Notes: generated by a model not told the origin, from the sequence alone. Shown: positions 21,073 through 34,039, numbered from the stretch's first letter. The stretch is DNA of 64,000 nt from Rhodobacteraceae bacterium UBA7436 (GCA_002478745.1 DLQI01000065.1:10574-74573); one strand, 5' to 3'. Translations and numbers: made by a program.

Positions 21073-22431
21073 CTAAACAACTCCAGATGCGGTCCCTACA
21101 CGGCCAAGGATAACGGACCAAAAGCGTACGCTTAGCAATATTGCAGCACTCGCCAACCCAACCACGAGCCCCATCCAAACCCCGATTCCCTCATACCCCA
21201 GCACAAACCCAAATATGTATGAGCACGGCATACCAATCCCCCAATAGCTGAACGCAGCCATGTACATTGGCACTTTGGTGTCCTGAACGCCGCGAAGCAA
21301 ACCCAACGCAATGACTTGTGCGCCATCCACCAATTGGAAGAGTGCGGCCATTGCCAATAGGCCGACGCCAATTATCAAAATTTGATCTCGTGCAGGCTCA
21401 CTCGGCTGCATGAACGCAAGAACCAGTGGTTCTGGCCAAAGGAGAAATCCAATAATCGTCAACAGGGCTGCCACCAACGACATGGCAAATACAATATATG
21501 CCCCTTTGGCGAGGTGCTCTCGATCACCACGCCCAAACGCATTGCCCGCACGGATTGTTGCAACGTTACTAATACCCAGATGAAGCATGAACGTGATACC
21601 TGCGCACTGAAGCGCTATACCATGCGCCGCCAACGGAACGGTACCAAGCCAACCCATCATTACAGCTGTCGCCGTGAACAAACCCGTTTCAGAAAGCCCC
21701 GTAAAACCTATCGGAACACCCAAGCGGAACACCCGCATCAACATTTCCCAATCCGCCCGCCAAAATCGAACAAACAACTGGTGTTGAGGCAAAACCAAGA
21801 TCGCATAGACAACGACCCCAAGCATACCAATTAATTGGGTAAACACAGACGCTATAGCGGCCCCCTGAATGCCCATTTCAGGAGCACCCCAATTGCCAAA
21901 GATCAAGGCGTAGTTAATTAATCCATTGCAAACAGTAGCAAGCACCGCAATCCAGAACACAACTTGCGTTCGCTCAAGTGCCGCCAAATAGCTTTTGAAG
22001 ACCATCGCCACCAACCATGGAAACATCCCGAATCCGGCAATGCGCAAATACTGTTGCGCGTCTGCAGCGACTGTTGGTTCTTGCCCGAGGAAAAGGAACA
22101 GAGATTCAGACCAAATCATGATAGGCATGATGGCAACAGAGTAAGCGATCGACAGCCACAGCCCCATGCGCGTCACGCGACGAATGCTAACCTCGTCTTT
22201 TTCGGCATCAAATGTTGCGACCATTGGCATGACTGCAAATGCAAATCCCGCTCCCATAAGAAAAAGAACAAAAAAGTAACTGGCGGCCAATGTAACAGCA
22301 GCCAGCGCATCAACACCGTACCACCCCAGCATGACAGTGTCTGTCACGCCAATGGCTATCTGCGCTAAGTGTCCACCAACCAATGGCAAGCCAAGGGTAG
22401 CAACAGCTTTAGCATGAGCGGGATATGACAT
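21073..22431 (-). CDS. MATE family efflux transporter (NorM-like)
   Basis: DTVMLG..G, LIFGNWGAPEMGIQGAAIAS, RAGNAFG, GLLRGVQDT; about 12 TM helices. Confidence 0.92.
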   Translation of the reverse strand: MSYPAHAKAVATLGLPLVGGHLAQIAIGVTDTVMLGWYGVDALAAVTLAASYFFVLFLMGAGFAFAVMPMVATFDAEKDEVSIRRVTRMGLWLSIAYSVAIMPIMIWSESLFLFLGQEPTVAADAQQYLRIAGFGMFPWLVAMVFKSYLAALERTQVVFWIAVLATVCNGLINYALIFGNWGAPEMGIQGAAIASVFTQLIGMLGVVVYAILVLPQHQLFVRFWRADWEMLMRVFRLGVPIGFTGLSETGLFTATAVMMGWLGTVPLAAHGIALQCAGITFMLHLGISNVATIRAGNAFGRGDREHLAKGAYIVFAMSLVAALLTIIGFLLWPEPLVLAFMQPSEPARDQILIIGVGLLAMAALFQLVDGAQVIALGLLRGVQDTKVPMYMAAFSYWGIGMPCSYIFGFVLGYEGIGVWMGLVVGLASAAILLSVRFWSVILGRVGTASGVV

Positions 22432-22525
22432 GTTTTTTGAACGCATGCAGCAAGCCTTAACAAGGCTTGCTGACAAGGCAATCTAGAAAAGTGTAACCAG
22501 ACAATTATTATCCGTCATGAGCTGC

Positions 22526-23137
22526 CTATCCAGCAACTGCACGCGCCTTTGGTTTGATGTACCAATACCAAACACGGTAGGCCTCAAGCAGGGTCAAAGG
22601 TAGGAAGTGTACGACTGCAGACGTTGGGTGTTCCCAATTGTGCAGAGCCGCCCAATGCAACAAGGTCAATACCGCAGCGCCATAAGTCCAACGCTGCAGA
22701 GTTTTCCACCACGGCCCCATAATCCGCACATAGTAATCAGTCGAAGTAACTGCCAACGGCACAAAAATCGCAAATGCAATCCATCCTGTCCAAATATAGA
22801 AGCGTGATACTTCGTTTATAACCCCTGCCATTGACCCCTTATCAATGACATAAAACAAGGTATGGAGTGCCGCGTAGCCAAAGGAAGCAACACCCAAATA
22901 GCGTCGATTTTTCTTAAGCCAAATAGGTCCGCGCCATCCGCGCAGCAACATTGCCAACGGGGTCGCCATCATCGCGACGATTAGGAAGCGTGCTGAAAAC
23001 TCCCCCGACGGGTGGATCAATTCATGAAAAATCCGAGGATCATCAGACGTAAGGGCAGTCCCCAACATCAAACCTCCGGGCAAAGCGAAAAGAAACCACA
23101 GCGCGTACGGACTAAAAAATGAAAGGCGTGAAAGCAT
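22526..23137 (-). CDS. ferric reductase-like transmembrane protein (MsrQ/YedZ-like)
   Basis: RRYLGVASFGYAALH, LAVTS, WKTLQR..Y...LTLLH heme-His motifs. Confidence 0.85.
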   Translation of the reverse strand: MLSRLSFFSPYALWFLFALPGGLMLGTALTSDDPRIFHELIHPSGEFSARFLIVAMMATPLAMLLRGWRGPIWLKKNRRYLGVASFGYAALHTLFYVIDKGSMAGVINEVSRFYIWTGWIAFAIFVPLAVTSTDYYVRIMGPWWKTLQRWTYGAAVLTLLHWAALHNWEHPTSAVVHFLPLTLLEAYRVWYWYIKPKARAVAG

Positions 23138-23378
23138 GTTGGACCTCAGTTTTTTATTTATGCCCTAACTAGAACGAGGGTCATTTAGATTTCCGTCGAA
23201 ATAAATGATCTTATTTGGCGTTCTGAATTAGAAACCCCTCTGAAAGCCGCCATACCGACATAAATTAAGTTATCGAAGCTTCTCATTCCAATAGTGAAAC
23301 TTACCGCTATGATCTGCTTTAGGTGCACGAAAATTCAGTGCAACGATACAAAGTCAGCCAAGTCGGGAAAGGCCCACC

Positions 23379-24281
23379 ATGCAAACCCACACCCTTTCTC
23401 TCAACGGAAATGATTTCTTTGTGCGCTCTTGGGGCCAACCTCACCTTCCCAAATTGATACTGCTGCATGGCTTCCCCGAATACTCTGGAGCTTGGGATGA
23501 TCTGGCACCTGAGTTATCTGGAATGTTTCACTGCATTGCACCCGACCAACGCGGCTATGGCCAAAGTTGGGCACCCTCTGATGTCGGCGAGTACACGTTG
23601 TCAAAGCTGGTCAGCGACATCGTCGCCTTGATCAACACCGATCTAGTGGGAGGCGGCCAAGTCGCTGTTATGGGACATGATTGGGGTGCCAGCGTGGCCT
23701 ACGGAATTGCCATGTTCCATCCCGAGCATGTGAATCGTCTTATCATTGCTAATGGCGTGCACCCAGTTCCGTTCCAAAGGGAGTTGGCCAAGGGCGGTGC
23801 CCAAACTGAAGCGTCCCAATACATCAACTTCATCAAATCAAACACATCCCCTGAAGCATTAGCAGCAGATGACTTTGCCAAAATGACCCGTCTTTTTTCG
23901 GCCAAAATGGACACCAGTTGGCTGGTTGGTGAACGGCTAGAGGCCTACAAAAAAGAATGGGCTCGCGAAGGTCGCTTGCGTGGCATGACAAACTGGTACC
24001 GCGCTTCGCCCTTGAAGGTCGCAGATGTGGGTGTCCCCATTGACGATCTACCAGCCATACCCTTGGAAAAGCTAAAGGTACACTGTGATCACCTGCTCAT
24101 CTGGGGAATGAACGATACGGCATTGTTGCCCCAAACAACCCAAGGGTTGGAAGACCACTGCGCCCAACTAAAGCGCGTCGAGATTGATGATGCCGATCAC
24201 TGGGTCCTGCATCAGAAACCTGTCGAGGTGGCAGATGCCATTATCGATTGGGTCATTGGGGACGATATTTACGTCCCTTAG
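23379..24281 (+). CDS. alpha/beta hydrolase, epoxide hydrolase-like
   Basis: LHGFPE, APDQRGYG, GHDWGA, NWYRA, ADHWV. Confidence 0.9.
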   Translation: MQTHTLSLNGNDFFVRSWGQPHLPKLILLHGFPEYSGAWDDLAPELSGMFHCIAPDQRGYGQSWAPSDVGEYTLSKLVSDIVALINTDLVGGGQVAVMGHDWGASVAYGIAMFHPEHVNRLIIANGVHPVPFQRELAKGGAQTEASQYINFIKSNTSPEALAADDFAKMTRLFSAKMDTSWLVGERLEAYKKEWAREGRLRGMTNWYRASPLKVADVGVPIDDLPAIPLEKLKVHCDHLLIWGMNDTALLPQTTQGLEDHCAQLKRVEIDDADHWVLHQKPVEVADAIIDWVIGDDIYVP

Positions 24282-24368
24282 TTCACCTGCACCTCCGAGT
24301 ATTGAAGATAGACAGAGCGGCCGTGCGCCCCTAGAGTTTTCTAACAATGGGGGAATAAGGGCATCAAT

Positions 24369-24764
24369 ATGAGCACCGCATCAAAAGCATCAAAAATTGC
24401 GTTCTGGGCTATCGGTATCATTGCTGCTCTTTGGAACACGATGGGCTGCATCAATTTGGTGCAACAATTCAGCCCGGCTGGCGTTTCGACCTTGCCGCCA
24501 GAATATCAAAGCTTCATCGAAACACGTCCTACCTACGCGTTCATAGCATTTGGGGTATCTGTCATTGCAGGCCTAATCGGTGCCATCTTTTTGATGATGC
24601 GTCGTGGTCAGGCAACAGTATTGTTCTTGGCCTCTGGCCTTGGCGCATTCGTTGCAACGATCCCAGCACTGAACGCAGGCATCCCATCGCTCGTCTTGGG
24701 CAGCGCAATGTCGATCGTATTGGCCGCAATCTTCGCGCTATACGCATCGCGCACACGCGACTAA
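24369..24764 (+). CDS. hypothetical membrane protein (4 TM)
   Basis: FWAIGIIAALWN..G hydrophobic helices. Confidence 0.75.
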   Translation: MSTASKASKIAFWAIGIIAALWNTMGCINLVQQFSPAGVSTLPPEYQSFIETRPTYAFIAFGVSVIAGLIGAIFLMMRRGQATVLFLASGLGAFVATIPALNAGIPSLVLGSAMSIVLAAIFALYASRTRD

Positions 24765-24877
24765 CCGATCTACTACACTTAACCTGTGACTTTGGAATAA
24801 TGAAGCAACAATGGCGTCTTTCCCAACGCGTCATGCTCTGACATACTAAGGCTCAATCAAAACCAATAATTCCGAGC

Positions 24878-26844
<1,967 letters not shown>

Positions 26845-26845
<1 letters not shown>

Positions 26846-27399
26846 TGCCTTTAACTGGAGAATTTCTAGCACCTGAAGATTTTCGAAAGGCTCGAAAATC
26901 CCTTTTAATTGTAGCCACGACAACAATTGTTGTCGCAGGACTTAATATCACTGGTAATGGTGCTGAAGTTTTAGGCCTCACCGTAGATGTTTCGCAGCGC
27001 GAAATTGTATTTTTAGAACAGATACTTACTGCACTACTTTGTTTTCTCTACCTTCTGAAAGTTCTTCCTGAATTTGTGCCTTTCATTAAACGCTTTAGCG
27101 AATTTCAACTTAAGAAAAAGCAACAGCGAGCCACAGAAGGTCTTTATGATGATTTGGGCTACAATGAGATTGGAGAGCATTACGAAAGTCCGGCAGATTT
27201 CATGGTCAAAGACCATGAGAGAACGTTGGATAGTCAAAAAAGTAGACTCGAAAGAAGTTATTTCTTCTTCACTCTTCTTCTGAATTCCCTTGATCAGGCT
27301 GTCGTAAGCTTAGTTTTACCGTTTGGAATCGGATTTACAGCAGTTTTCATTCCACAGCTTCCAGGCGCATTGATGAAGCAACTGTTGCTGATAACTTAA
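26845..27399 (+). CDS. hypothetical membrane protein, AT-rich
   Basis: ATG overlaps parE TGA; three hydrophobic segments; visibly lower GC than flanks. Confidence 0.7.
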
Positions 27400-27434
27400 C
27401 CGCTCTTATCGCTCTAATTCGATTGTATAGGCAC

Positions 27435-27518
27435 CGGAGGGGAGGTGTAACCCACCGCCTCCAACACAAACGCCTGTCCCAAACCGTCGGCCAAACGGTG
27501 GATTTCACCCAACCTACG
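27435..27518. repeat. degenerate inverted pair of GTAG-type REP elements
   Basis: cggaggggaggtgtaacccaccg (27435-27457) vs reverse complement of 27496-27518 cgtaggttgggtgaaatccaccg: 17/23 identical. Confidence 0.55.
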
Positions 27519-27557
27519 TCCGCAAAAGCAAATCGCGGGGTCTCCCCCGCCCTGCAA

Positions 27558-27700
27558 TTATCCGGTAATGCTCGTCGGATACATAGCCACCCGTGAATTC
27601 AACGGCACGCGATCATATAAATCAACCATCTGATCATTGATCAAACGCGCTCGGCCATTGGACACTCCACCTGTTCCCAACTGATCGCTTGCGCAGTCCC
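27558..27700 (-). pseudogene. C-terminal remnant of L,D-transpeptidase (YkuD family)
   Basis: VSNGRARLINDQMVDLYDRVPLNSRV matches the YkuD S.GC.R..N....LY..V...V tail with catalytic Cys replaced by Arg; no N-terminal part. Confidence 0.65.
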
Positions 27701-27822
27701 TACAATATCGTAACATTACGAACAAAGGGGCGGCACGCGCATTTCCCCAAACATGATGTGGTCCGCTAGTCTGGCGCTCAGTCAAATTTGGTATGTGGAC
27801 TGGTTCCGAAAAGGAGATCGCG

Positions 27823-28257
27823 ATGACCCAATACGCTTTGACGATGTTGCTGGCTGGGATCGGCATTCCATTGCTTGCCGGTCTGAATGCGGCACTTGGC
27901 AAGTATATCGGGTCGCCTGCTACAGCCGCCGTTATCCTGTTCCTTGTGGCGCTCAGCATCAGTCTTGTTGTTATGGTCGCAACGGGGGCCGAAGGGTTCA
28001 ACCGATTGCTGTCCGCCCCCAAACACCTGTTTTTAGCGGGCGCATTCGTTGCGTTTTATGTGCTGACTATAACCTACATCGCCCCACATTTTGGGGTCGG
28101 AAACGCCGTCTTCTTCGTCTTGCTTGGGCAGTTGATTAGCGCGGCTGCCATCGACCACTTTGGCCTTTTCGGCGCGCAGGTCTCACCTCTTGGGTTGGCG
28201 CGCACCTCTGGCATCGCCTTGATGGCTGCGGGTGTTTGGCTGACCCAAATCGCTTAG
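27823..28257 (+). CDS. DMT family transporter (YdcZ-like)
   Basis: LNAALG, GVGNAVFFVLLGQLISAAAIDHFGLFG; AAGGAG RBS. Confidence 0.88.
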   Translation: MTQYALTMLLAGIGIPLLAGLNAALGKYIGSPATAAVILFLVALSISLVVMVATGAEGFNRLLSAPKHLFLAGAFVAFYVLTITYIAPHFGVGNAVFFVLLGQLISAAAIDHFGLFGAQVSPLGLARTSGIALMAAGVWLTQIA

Positions 28258-28277
28258 GTCAGCCAATTGTGCGAAAC

Positions 28278-29267
28278 TTAAAACGCGTCCAAGCCTGACA
28301 GCTCCATCGCCTGCGCCCAGACTGCGTCTGGAACGTCAACGGGATCGCTTTCCGTGCGCCCTTGGCCTGGCATACGCGCGCCTTCGTCCTCACTGATTGC
28401 TTCAGCGATACGGGCCAACCGATCTGTAAACCCATCAGACACATTAGGATCAATAATCATGTAATATTGACCCAAGTCGTGGTGCGGTCCTTCGGGTGCC
28501 TTCAGTGGTTTCACATCTTGGCTAAGGGTAGAGCCAGTCATACCCGCAGCTAAAATTTCAGCCATCAGCCCCAAACCCCAGCCTTTGTACCCGCCCATCG
28601 AAACCAGCGAACCAGTCAATGCCGCTTCTGGATCCGTCGTTGGATTGCCGTCTTTATCCACGGCCCACCCTTCAGGAATCGATGTACCAGCGGCCTTAGC
28701 CATAGTAATTTTTCCCAATGCAACAGTTGTCGTAGATTGGTCAAACTGCATAGCCAATCCGCCCTGCCCGTCAGGCACAGAAAACGCGATTGGGTTTGTG
28801 CCAATGACGCGTGTCTTGCCGCCTGGGGGGGCAACGATAGGTGATGCGTTCGTCAGGCCAAAACAAATAAACCCTGCGCGCGCCACTTGTTCGGTAAAAT
28901 AGCCCAAGGACGTACATGTATGCGCATGACCGATGGCCAAGGTAGCAGTCCCAAACTTACGCGCAGCGTCAAGCGCGGGCACAAGGCCATAAGCAAATGC
29001 GGGTTGCGCAAAACCATATTGCGCATCCACAAGAATTGTTGCTGCACGCGGCGCTGACACCACAGGGGATACATTCCCTTTCACGCGACCAGTGCGCAAT
29101 TGCTGACAGTAGCTTTCTAAGTAGTACAGCCCACAAATACGATTCCCGTGCGCCTCAGCTTTGCGTACGGCACGCGCAACTTCAGCCGCAGGGAATGCGT
29201 CTGCGCCATGTTCAAGCAACGCCGCCAATACAACGCGTTCAATTTCGTCTAAGGTCACATGTGGCAT
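28278..29267 (-). CDS. Ldh_2 family oxidoreductase (malate/L-sulfolactate dehydrogenase, ComC-like)
   Basis: GTNPIAF, GWAVD.DG.PTTDP, GGYKGWGL, RMPG. Confidence 0.88.
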   Translation of the reverse strand: MPHVTLDEIERVVLAALLEHGADAFPAAEVARAVRKAEAHGNRICGLYYLESYCQQLRTGRVKGNVSPVVSAPRAATILVDAQYGFAQPAFAYGLVPALDAARKFGTATLAIGHAHTCTSLGYFTEQVARAGFICFGLTNASPIVAPPGGKTRVIGTNPIAFSVPDGQGGLAMQFDQSTTTVALGKITMAKAAGTSIPEGWAVDKDGNPTTDPEAALTGSLVSMGGYKGWGLGLMAEILAAGMTGSTLSQDVKPLKAPEGPHHDLGQYYMIIDPNVSDGFTDRLARIAEAISEDEGARMPGQGRTESDPVDVPDAVWAQAMELSGLDAF

Positions 29268-29305
29268 CGCGCAGTCTCCATGAGTGTTTTGGGTTTTTAG
29301 TATAA

Positions 29306-29998
29306 CTAAATATGAGGCTCGTTGCGCAAAACGCCAGCATCTAATCGCACAATCCTGTCCATTCGGGCAGCCAATTCCAAGTTATGGGTGGCAATGACTG
29401 CCGCCAAGCCCGTTGACCGCACCAAGTCCATCAATGCACCAAAGACTTGATCAGAAGTGGTCGGATCAAGGTTGCCTGTTGGTTCATCACCCAAAAGCAA
29501 CCGTGGACCGTTTGCAAGGGCACGGCAAAACGCCACGCGCTGTGCTTCGCCACCAGACAATGCAGCAGGGCGGTGATCTGCACGCTCTGCCACGCCTACG
29601 CGGCCAAGCAGGTCAAGCGCGCGTTCATGCGCCGCTTTGCGACCCACGCCTGCAGCCAACTGGGGCAACACGATATTCTCAAGTGCTGTAAATTCAGGCA
29701 GCAAATGGTGGAATTGATAAACAAAACCAAGGTCATCTCGGCGAAGCCCTGTGCGTTTCGCATCGTTCAGACCTTGCATGTTTTGACCACCAAAAGTGAC
29801 GTCCCCCGCATCAGGCGTGTCCAATAGACCGGCCATATGAAGCAACGTGGACTTGCCTGCTCCAGACGGGGCAACCAAAGCAACAACTTCACCGGCTTTG
29901 ACCTTTAGGTCCACACCACGCAAAACCTGCACCTTATTGGGTAAACCAACATTGTAGGTTTTGCTTATCCCGCTCAGTTCAAGGACTAGATCACTCAT
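29306..29998 (-). CDS. lolD: lipoprotein-releasing ABC transporter ATP-binding protein
   Basis: [35 protein letters not shown]. Confidence 0.93.
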   Translation of the reverse strand: MSDLVLELSGISKTYNVGLPNKVQVLRGVDLKVKAGEVVALVAPSGAGKSTLLHMAGLLDTPDAGDVTFGGQNMQGLNDAKRTGLRRDDLGFVYQFHHLLPEFTALENIVLPQLAAGVGRKAAHERALDLLGRVGVAERADHRPAALSGGEAQRVAFCRALANGPRLLLGDEPTGNLDPTTSDQVFGALMDLVRSTGLAAVIATHNLELAARMDRIVRLDAGVLRNEPHI

Positions 29999-31277
29999 AA
30001 CGCAAAGCCTCCACGGGATTCATTCGGGCCGCACGTCGCGCAGGAAAGATCGTTACGATGAATGACAAGCCAAGGGACAGAGCGACCGCTGACATGACAT
30101 CTGCAAAGTGTAGTTCCGCAGGCAAAGCATAAATCCCACGAATTGCAGGATCCCAAACGCCGCCCCCCATAAGCCAGTTTACCGTGCTGAAAATCGGATC
30201 GATATAAATCGCGAACAAGCAGCCAAATATCACCCCCAGGGCGGTGCCAATGATCCCAGTGAAAGCACCGCAGATAAAGAAAACCCGTAAAACCGAACCT
30301 TCGCTTAGTCCCATAGTACGCAATATGCCAATATCGCGCCCCTTGTTCTTCACCAACATAATCAAACCGCTCACAATGTTCATTGCAGCGATCAAAACCA
30401 AAATTGATAGGATGACGAACATCACATTGTCCTCAACCTCAAGTGCACGTAGGAACCCGCCGGAAGCTTCCAACCACGTAAAGGGCAAAGCCCGATCGCC
30501 TGCGGCAGCAATAATTTGAGGTATCAAACCATCAATCGCTTCTGGGTCTTCGACCATGACTTCCAGTTCGGTTGCACCACCTTCACGATTGAAAAACGCC
30601 TGTGCATCCTGAATTGGCAAGTAAGTCCGCGTCCGATCAATATCGTAGCGCCCGGCACTAAACACATAAACAACCTCATAGGCATTGACCCGTGGGCTTG
30701 TCCCAAACGCAGTCTTGACGCCGTTGGGCGAGATGATCTTGATTTTGTCCCCAACGCTTGCACCCAATTCACGCGCAACGCCTGACCCAATCGCAATGCC
30801 TTGGTCAAAGCGCGTGATATCGCCATATGAAGTTTCGGGATTGGCAATCCGCGGGATTGTCAAAAGGTCTGCCGCAGAGATACCATAAATCTCAATACCT
30901 GAGTTCGACTGGCGCAAATTCGCCATCGCCTGCGCGCGTACTAGCGGGGCCACACGAATAACACCGTCAACTTCAGACACACGTTCCGCCATCGCGGTAT
31001 AATCTTTGATCGTGCGATCAATTTGGCCGCTATCTAGAACCTCGCCCATATTATAAACGGTGACATGCGCATTTGATCCGAGGATTGTATCAACAAACTC
31101 AGCGCGAAATCCCGACCGCACTGCAAGGGTCACAATCAATGCGAAAACCGCCAGTGTGATCCCAACCAAGCTTATAACTGTCATAACACTTACGCCACCT
31201 TCAGCGCGGCGCGCGCGCAGATAGCGCCAGGCAATCATCCACTCGAAAGGTGCAAAGGGTTTGGGCGTGTTGGCCAT
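29991..31277 (-). CDS. lipoprotein-releasing ABC transporter permease (LolC/E)
   Basis: [16 protein letters not shown]-like motif, [30 protein letters not shown]; start MANTP at 31277. Confidence 0.93.
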   Translation of the reverse strand: MANTPKPFAPFEWMIAWRYLRARRAEGGVSVMTVISLVGITLAVFALIVTLAVRSGFRAEFVDTILGSNAHVTVYNMGEVLDSGQIDRTIKDYTAMAERVSEVDGVIRVAPLVRAQAMANLRQSNSGIEIYGISAADLLTIPRIANPETSYGDITRFDQGIAIGSGVARELGASVGDKIKIISPNGVKTAFGTSPRVNAYEVVYVFSAGRYDIDRTRTYLPIQDAQAFFNREGGATELEVMVEDPEAIDGLIPQIIAAAGDRALPFTWLEASGGFLRALEVEDNVMFVILSILVLIAAMNIVSGLIMLVKNKGRDIGILRTMGLSEGSVLRVFFICGAFTGIIGTALGVIFGCLFAIYIDPIFSTVNWLMGGGVWDPAIRGIYALPAELHFADVMSAVALSLGLSFIVTIFPARRAARMNPVEALRYE

Positions 31278-31339
31278 TTTAGGCTCTTTCTTGTTTGGTA
31301 TGCCAGTTGCAGACAACCTGTGTCGTTTGTACGCCGTGG

Positions 31340-31831
31340 TCAAGCTGTGCGTCGGCGAAACGGCCAGCGAATAACCGCCATAAGACTGCTCATTGCGATC
31401 AAGCCAACGAAAAAGCCAAAACCAGCAAAGATTGCGCTCGTCAGGTTGAGCGGGACAGCAGGCTCGAACACATCCCATGCCGCACTTGCCACATCGCCAT
31501 CGGTAAAGCGGGCCGCGTGATAGGCCCGCATGAATGGACCAGCCTCAGCCAATAGCCTCAAATCTTCAGTCAAAACCGCATGACGGTCAAAAGTACGTTC
31601 CATATCGGCGCGACGCCGTTCGATAAAATCGGCTCCGATCATCTGCTCCAGCGCTTCAGAACGCGACAGTCCTTCTACGGCTGCAGAAGTGTCGAAATCT
31701 GCGACAACCTCGCTCAGTGCGTCAACGGCTCCGCCCAACCGTTGCGCGTATTGCTGACTGAACTCAGGAAATTGGGAGGTGCCAGCACCGACGGCCAAGC
31801 CACCAGCAAGCGTGATTGCACGAACGATCAT
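31340..31831 (-). CDS. DUF2937 family protein
   Basis: SQFPEFSQQYAQRLGGAVD.L and F.PAVPL motifs. Confidence 0.8.
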   Translation of the reverse strand: MIVRAITLAGGLAVGAGTSQFPEFSQQYAQRLGGAVDALSEVVADFDTSAAVEGLSRSEALEQMIGADFIERRRADMERTFDRHAVLTEDLRLLAEAGPFMRAYHAARFTDGDVASAAWDVFEPAVPLNLTSAIFAGFGFFVGLIAMSSLMAVIRWPFRRRTA

Positions 31832-31853
31832 CGCAGTACCTCCCTTTCTTGAG

Positions 31854-33191
31854 CTAAAGCGCCGTGTAGATTTCTGCGATCTTCTGAACTGCCAATTCTG
31901 GCGTCATCTCTTCACTCTCACCGGTTCGGCGCGAGGTCAGCTCAACAACACCATTCTTCAAGCCACGTGGACCAACCGTAATGCGCCAAGGCAAACCAAT
32001 CAGATCCATAGTTGCGAACTTGCCACCAGCGCGCTCTTTACGGTCATCATAAAGGGGTTCCAGACCAAGCGCAGTCAACGACTTATATAGCGCATCACAA
32101 GCTGCATCTGCTTCTTCGTCACCCTGTTTCAAGTTCACAATACCACAGTGGTACGGCGTGACGCCTTCTGGCCAAATAATACCCTTATCATCGTGGCTGG
32201 CTTCAATGATTGCACCCAACAAGCGGCTGACGCCGATCCCGTGTGACCCCATGTGAACAGGTACGGGCTTACCATCAGGACCTTGAACTGTGGCCTTCAT
32301 CGCTTCCGAATACTTAGTGCCAAAGTAGAAAATCTGACCTACTTCAATGCCACGGGCCGTCATGCGACGGTCCTCAGGAACCTGATTAAACAGCGCTTCA
32401 TCGTGCGTTTCGTCCGTACGCGCGTATTTGGTTGTGAATTCTTGCATCACGGCCGCACATTGCTCAACATTGTCATAGTCGATGTCTCGGTCCCCAAAAG
32501 TCAGGTCAGTCACTGCGCTATCGTAAAACACCTCAGATTCACCTGTTTCAGCCAAAACTAAGAATTCATGCGTATCATCACCACCAATTGGGCCAGAGTC
32601 CGCACGCATTGGGATCGCTTGCAAACCCATGCGTTCATAGGTGCGCAGATAGCTAACCAAGTGACGATTATAGGCGTGCAACGCATCCTCTTTGGTCAGG
32701 TCAAAGTTGTAACCGTCTTTCATATAGAATTCACGGCCACGCATCACGCCAAAACGTGGACGGCGTTCATCGCGGAATTTCCACTGAATTTGATACATGG
32801 TCAAAGGTAAGTCTTTGTAGCTACCAACATGCGAACGGAAAATGTCTGTGATCATTTCTTCTGCTGTTGGAGTGAACAACATATCACGATCATTACGGTC
32901 TTTGATGCGCAACATCTCTTCACCGTAATCATCATAACGACCACTTTCGCGCCAAAGGTCAGCAGATTGAATGGTCGGCATCAACATCGGCATATGCCCA
33001 GCGCGCTGCTGTTCTTCGTGCACAATGTTCTCAATTTTGCGCAAAACTTTAAAACCAAGCGGCAACCAGGAATAAATCCCAGCACTTGATTGCTTGATCA
33101 TGCCTGCACGCAGCATCAAACGGTGGCTAACAATCTGCGCCTCAGCAGGGTTTTCCTTTAGAACGGGCAGAAAATAACGGCTCAAACGCAT
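31854..33191 (-). CDS. proS: proline--tRNA ligase
   Basis: [43 protein letters not shown]. Confidence 0.97.
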   Translation of the reverse strand: MRLSRYFLPVLKENPAEAQIVSHRLMLRAGMIKQSSAGIYSWLPLGFKVLRKIENIVHEEQQRAGHMPMLMPTIQSADLWRESGRYDDYGEEMLRIKDRNDRDMLFTPTAEEMITDIFRSHVGSYKDLPLTMYQIQWKFRDERRPRFGVMRGREFYMKDGYNFDLTKEDALHAYNRHLVSYLRTYERMGLQAIPMRADSGPIGGDDTHEFLVLAETGESEVFYDSAVTDLTFGDRDIDYDNVEQCAAVMQEFTTKYARTDETHDEALFNQVPEDRRMTARGIEVGQIFYFGTKYSEAMKATVQGPDGKPVPVHMGSHGIGVSRLLGAIIEASHDDKGIIWPEGVTPYHCGIVNLKQGDEEADAACDALYKSLTALGLEPLYDDRKERAGGKFATMDLIGLPWRITVGPRGLKNGVVELTSRRTGESEEMTPELAVQKIAEIYTAL

Positions 33192-33281
33192 CGTGTGGCT
33201 CCTCAAATAACAGTTGTTGCCTGATTAAGCCAAACGGCCAGCCCTCGCAACGCCCCTGTTACGTCCCAGCAATCTCGCCAA

Positions 33282-33338
33282 CTTCATCTTGCCAGAAAAA
33301 CTCTGGGGGAGACGCGCAGCGTCGGGGGCAAAGCCCCT
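33282..33338. repeat. short palindromic intergenic element of a type dispersed in Rhodobacteraceae genomes
   Basis: CTTCATCTTG-CCAGA aaaac TCTGG-GGGA-GACGC gca GCGTC-GGGGGC aaa GCCCC: three consecutive small hairpins; recognised from memory. Confidence 0.5.
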
Positions 33339-33427
33339 AAAACAACCAAATACCCCCCTGTCGAGCTAGTTCATAAACCACCCAAATCAAGCAATTGAAA
33401 CCTTTGATCACACAACCGCGAGCGACA

Positions 33428-33453
33428 TGATCCATCGCACAAACAACGGCGTA
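33428..33453 (+). promoter_or_regulatory. putative RpoE(sigmaE)-ChrR dependent promoter of the fasciclin gene
   Basis: TGATCC-N16-CGTA, matching the R. sphaeroides sigmaE consensus, about 50 nt upstream of ATG 33505. Confidence 0.6.
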
Positions 33454-33504
33454 TCTTTTTCAACAAGTCATGAGGCTTGGATGAAAAAATGGAAGGTTTT
33501 TACA

Positions 33505-34020
33505 ATGAATACTTTGCGCAATTTGGCAGCCACAGCCGCTGTAACACTCACACTTGGTACCGCAGCTCAGGCCGCTAACATCGTTGAAATCGCATCAGGT
33601 GATGATCGTTTCACAACACTGGTTGCCGCCGTCTCCGCGGCGGGACTCGTCGAAACGCTTCAGGGGCCCGGTCCGTTCACTGTCTTCGCACCGCTCAACG
33701 ATGCTTTCGCAGCATTGCCAGCAGGAACAGTGGAAACATTATTGAAACCTGAAAACAAAGGCGATCTTATAAACATCCTTTTGTATCATGTAGATGATCG
33801 CAATCTAACAGCCGAAGCGATCCCAACTGGGTCCAACTACTTCAAGCCGATCCTAGCCTCCGAGCGTTTGTGCATCACCAAAAGTGCAGAGGGCGTTACG
33901 ATTGCTGATGGTACCGGAGAAATGGCAACGGTTGTGGTTGCAAACATCAAAGCTGACAACGGCGTGATCCACGTAATCGACAAAGTACTTCTGCCAGGCA
34001 CACGTCCAGCTTGCCACTAA
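33505..34020 (+). CDS. fasciclin (FAS1) domain secreted protein
   Basis: Signal peptide; FTTLVAAV.AAGLVETL.GPGPFTVFAP.N.AF; ADNGVIHVIDKVL. Confidence 0.92.
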   Translation: MNTLRNLAATAAVTLTLGTAAQAANIVEIASGDDRFTTLVAAVSAAGLVETLQGPGPFTVFAPLNDAFAALPAGTVETLLKPENKGDLINILLYHVDDRNLTAEAIPTGSNYFKPILASERLCITKSAEGVTIADGTGEMATVVVANIKADNGVIHVIDKVLLPGTRPACH

Positions 34021-34039
34021 ACAAAACTTAATAACCATC

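Noticed and set aside
27558-28022. 154-aa minus-strand ORF as an intact gene
   Set aside because: Upstream part is antisense to the DMT gene; only the last ~40 codons look protein-like (Ldt remnant)
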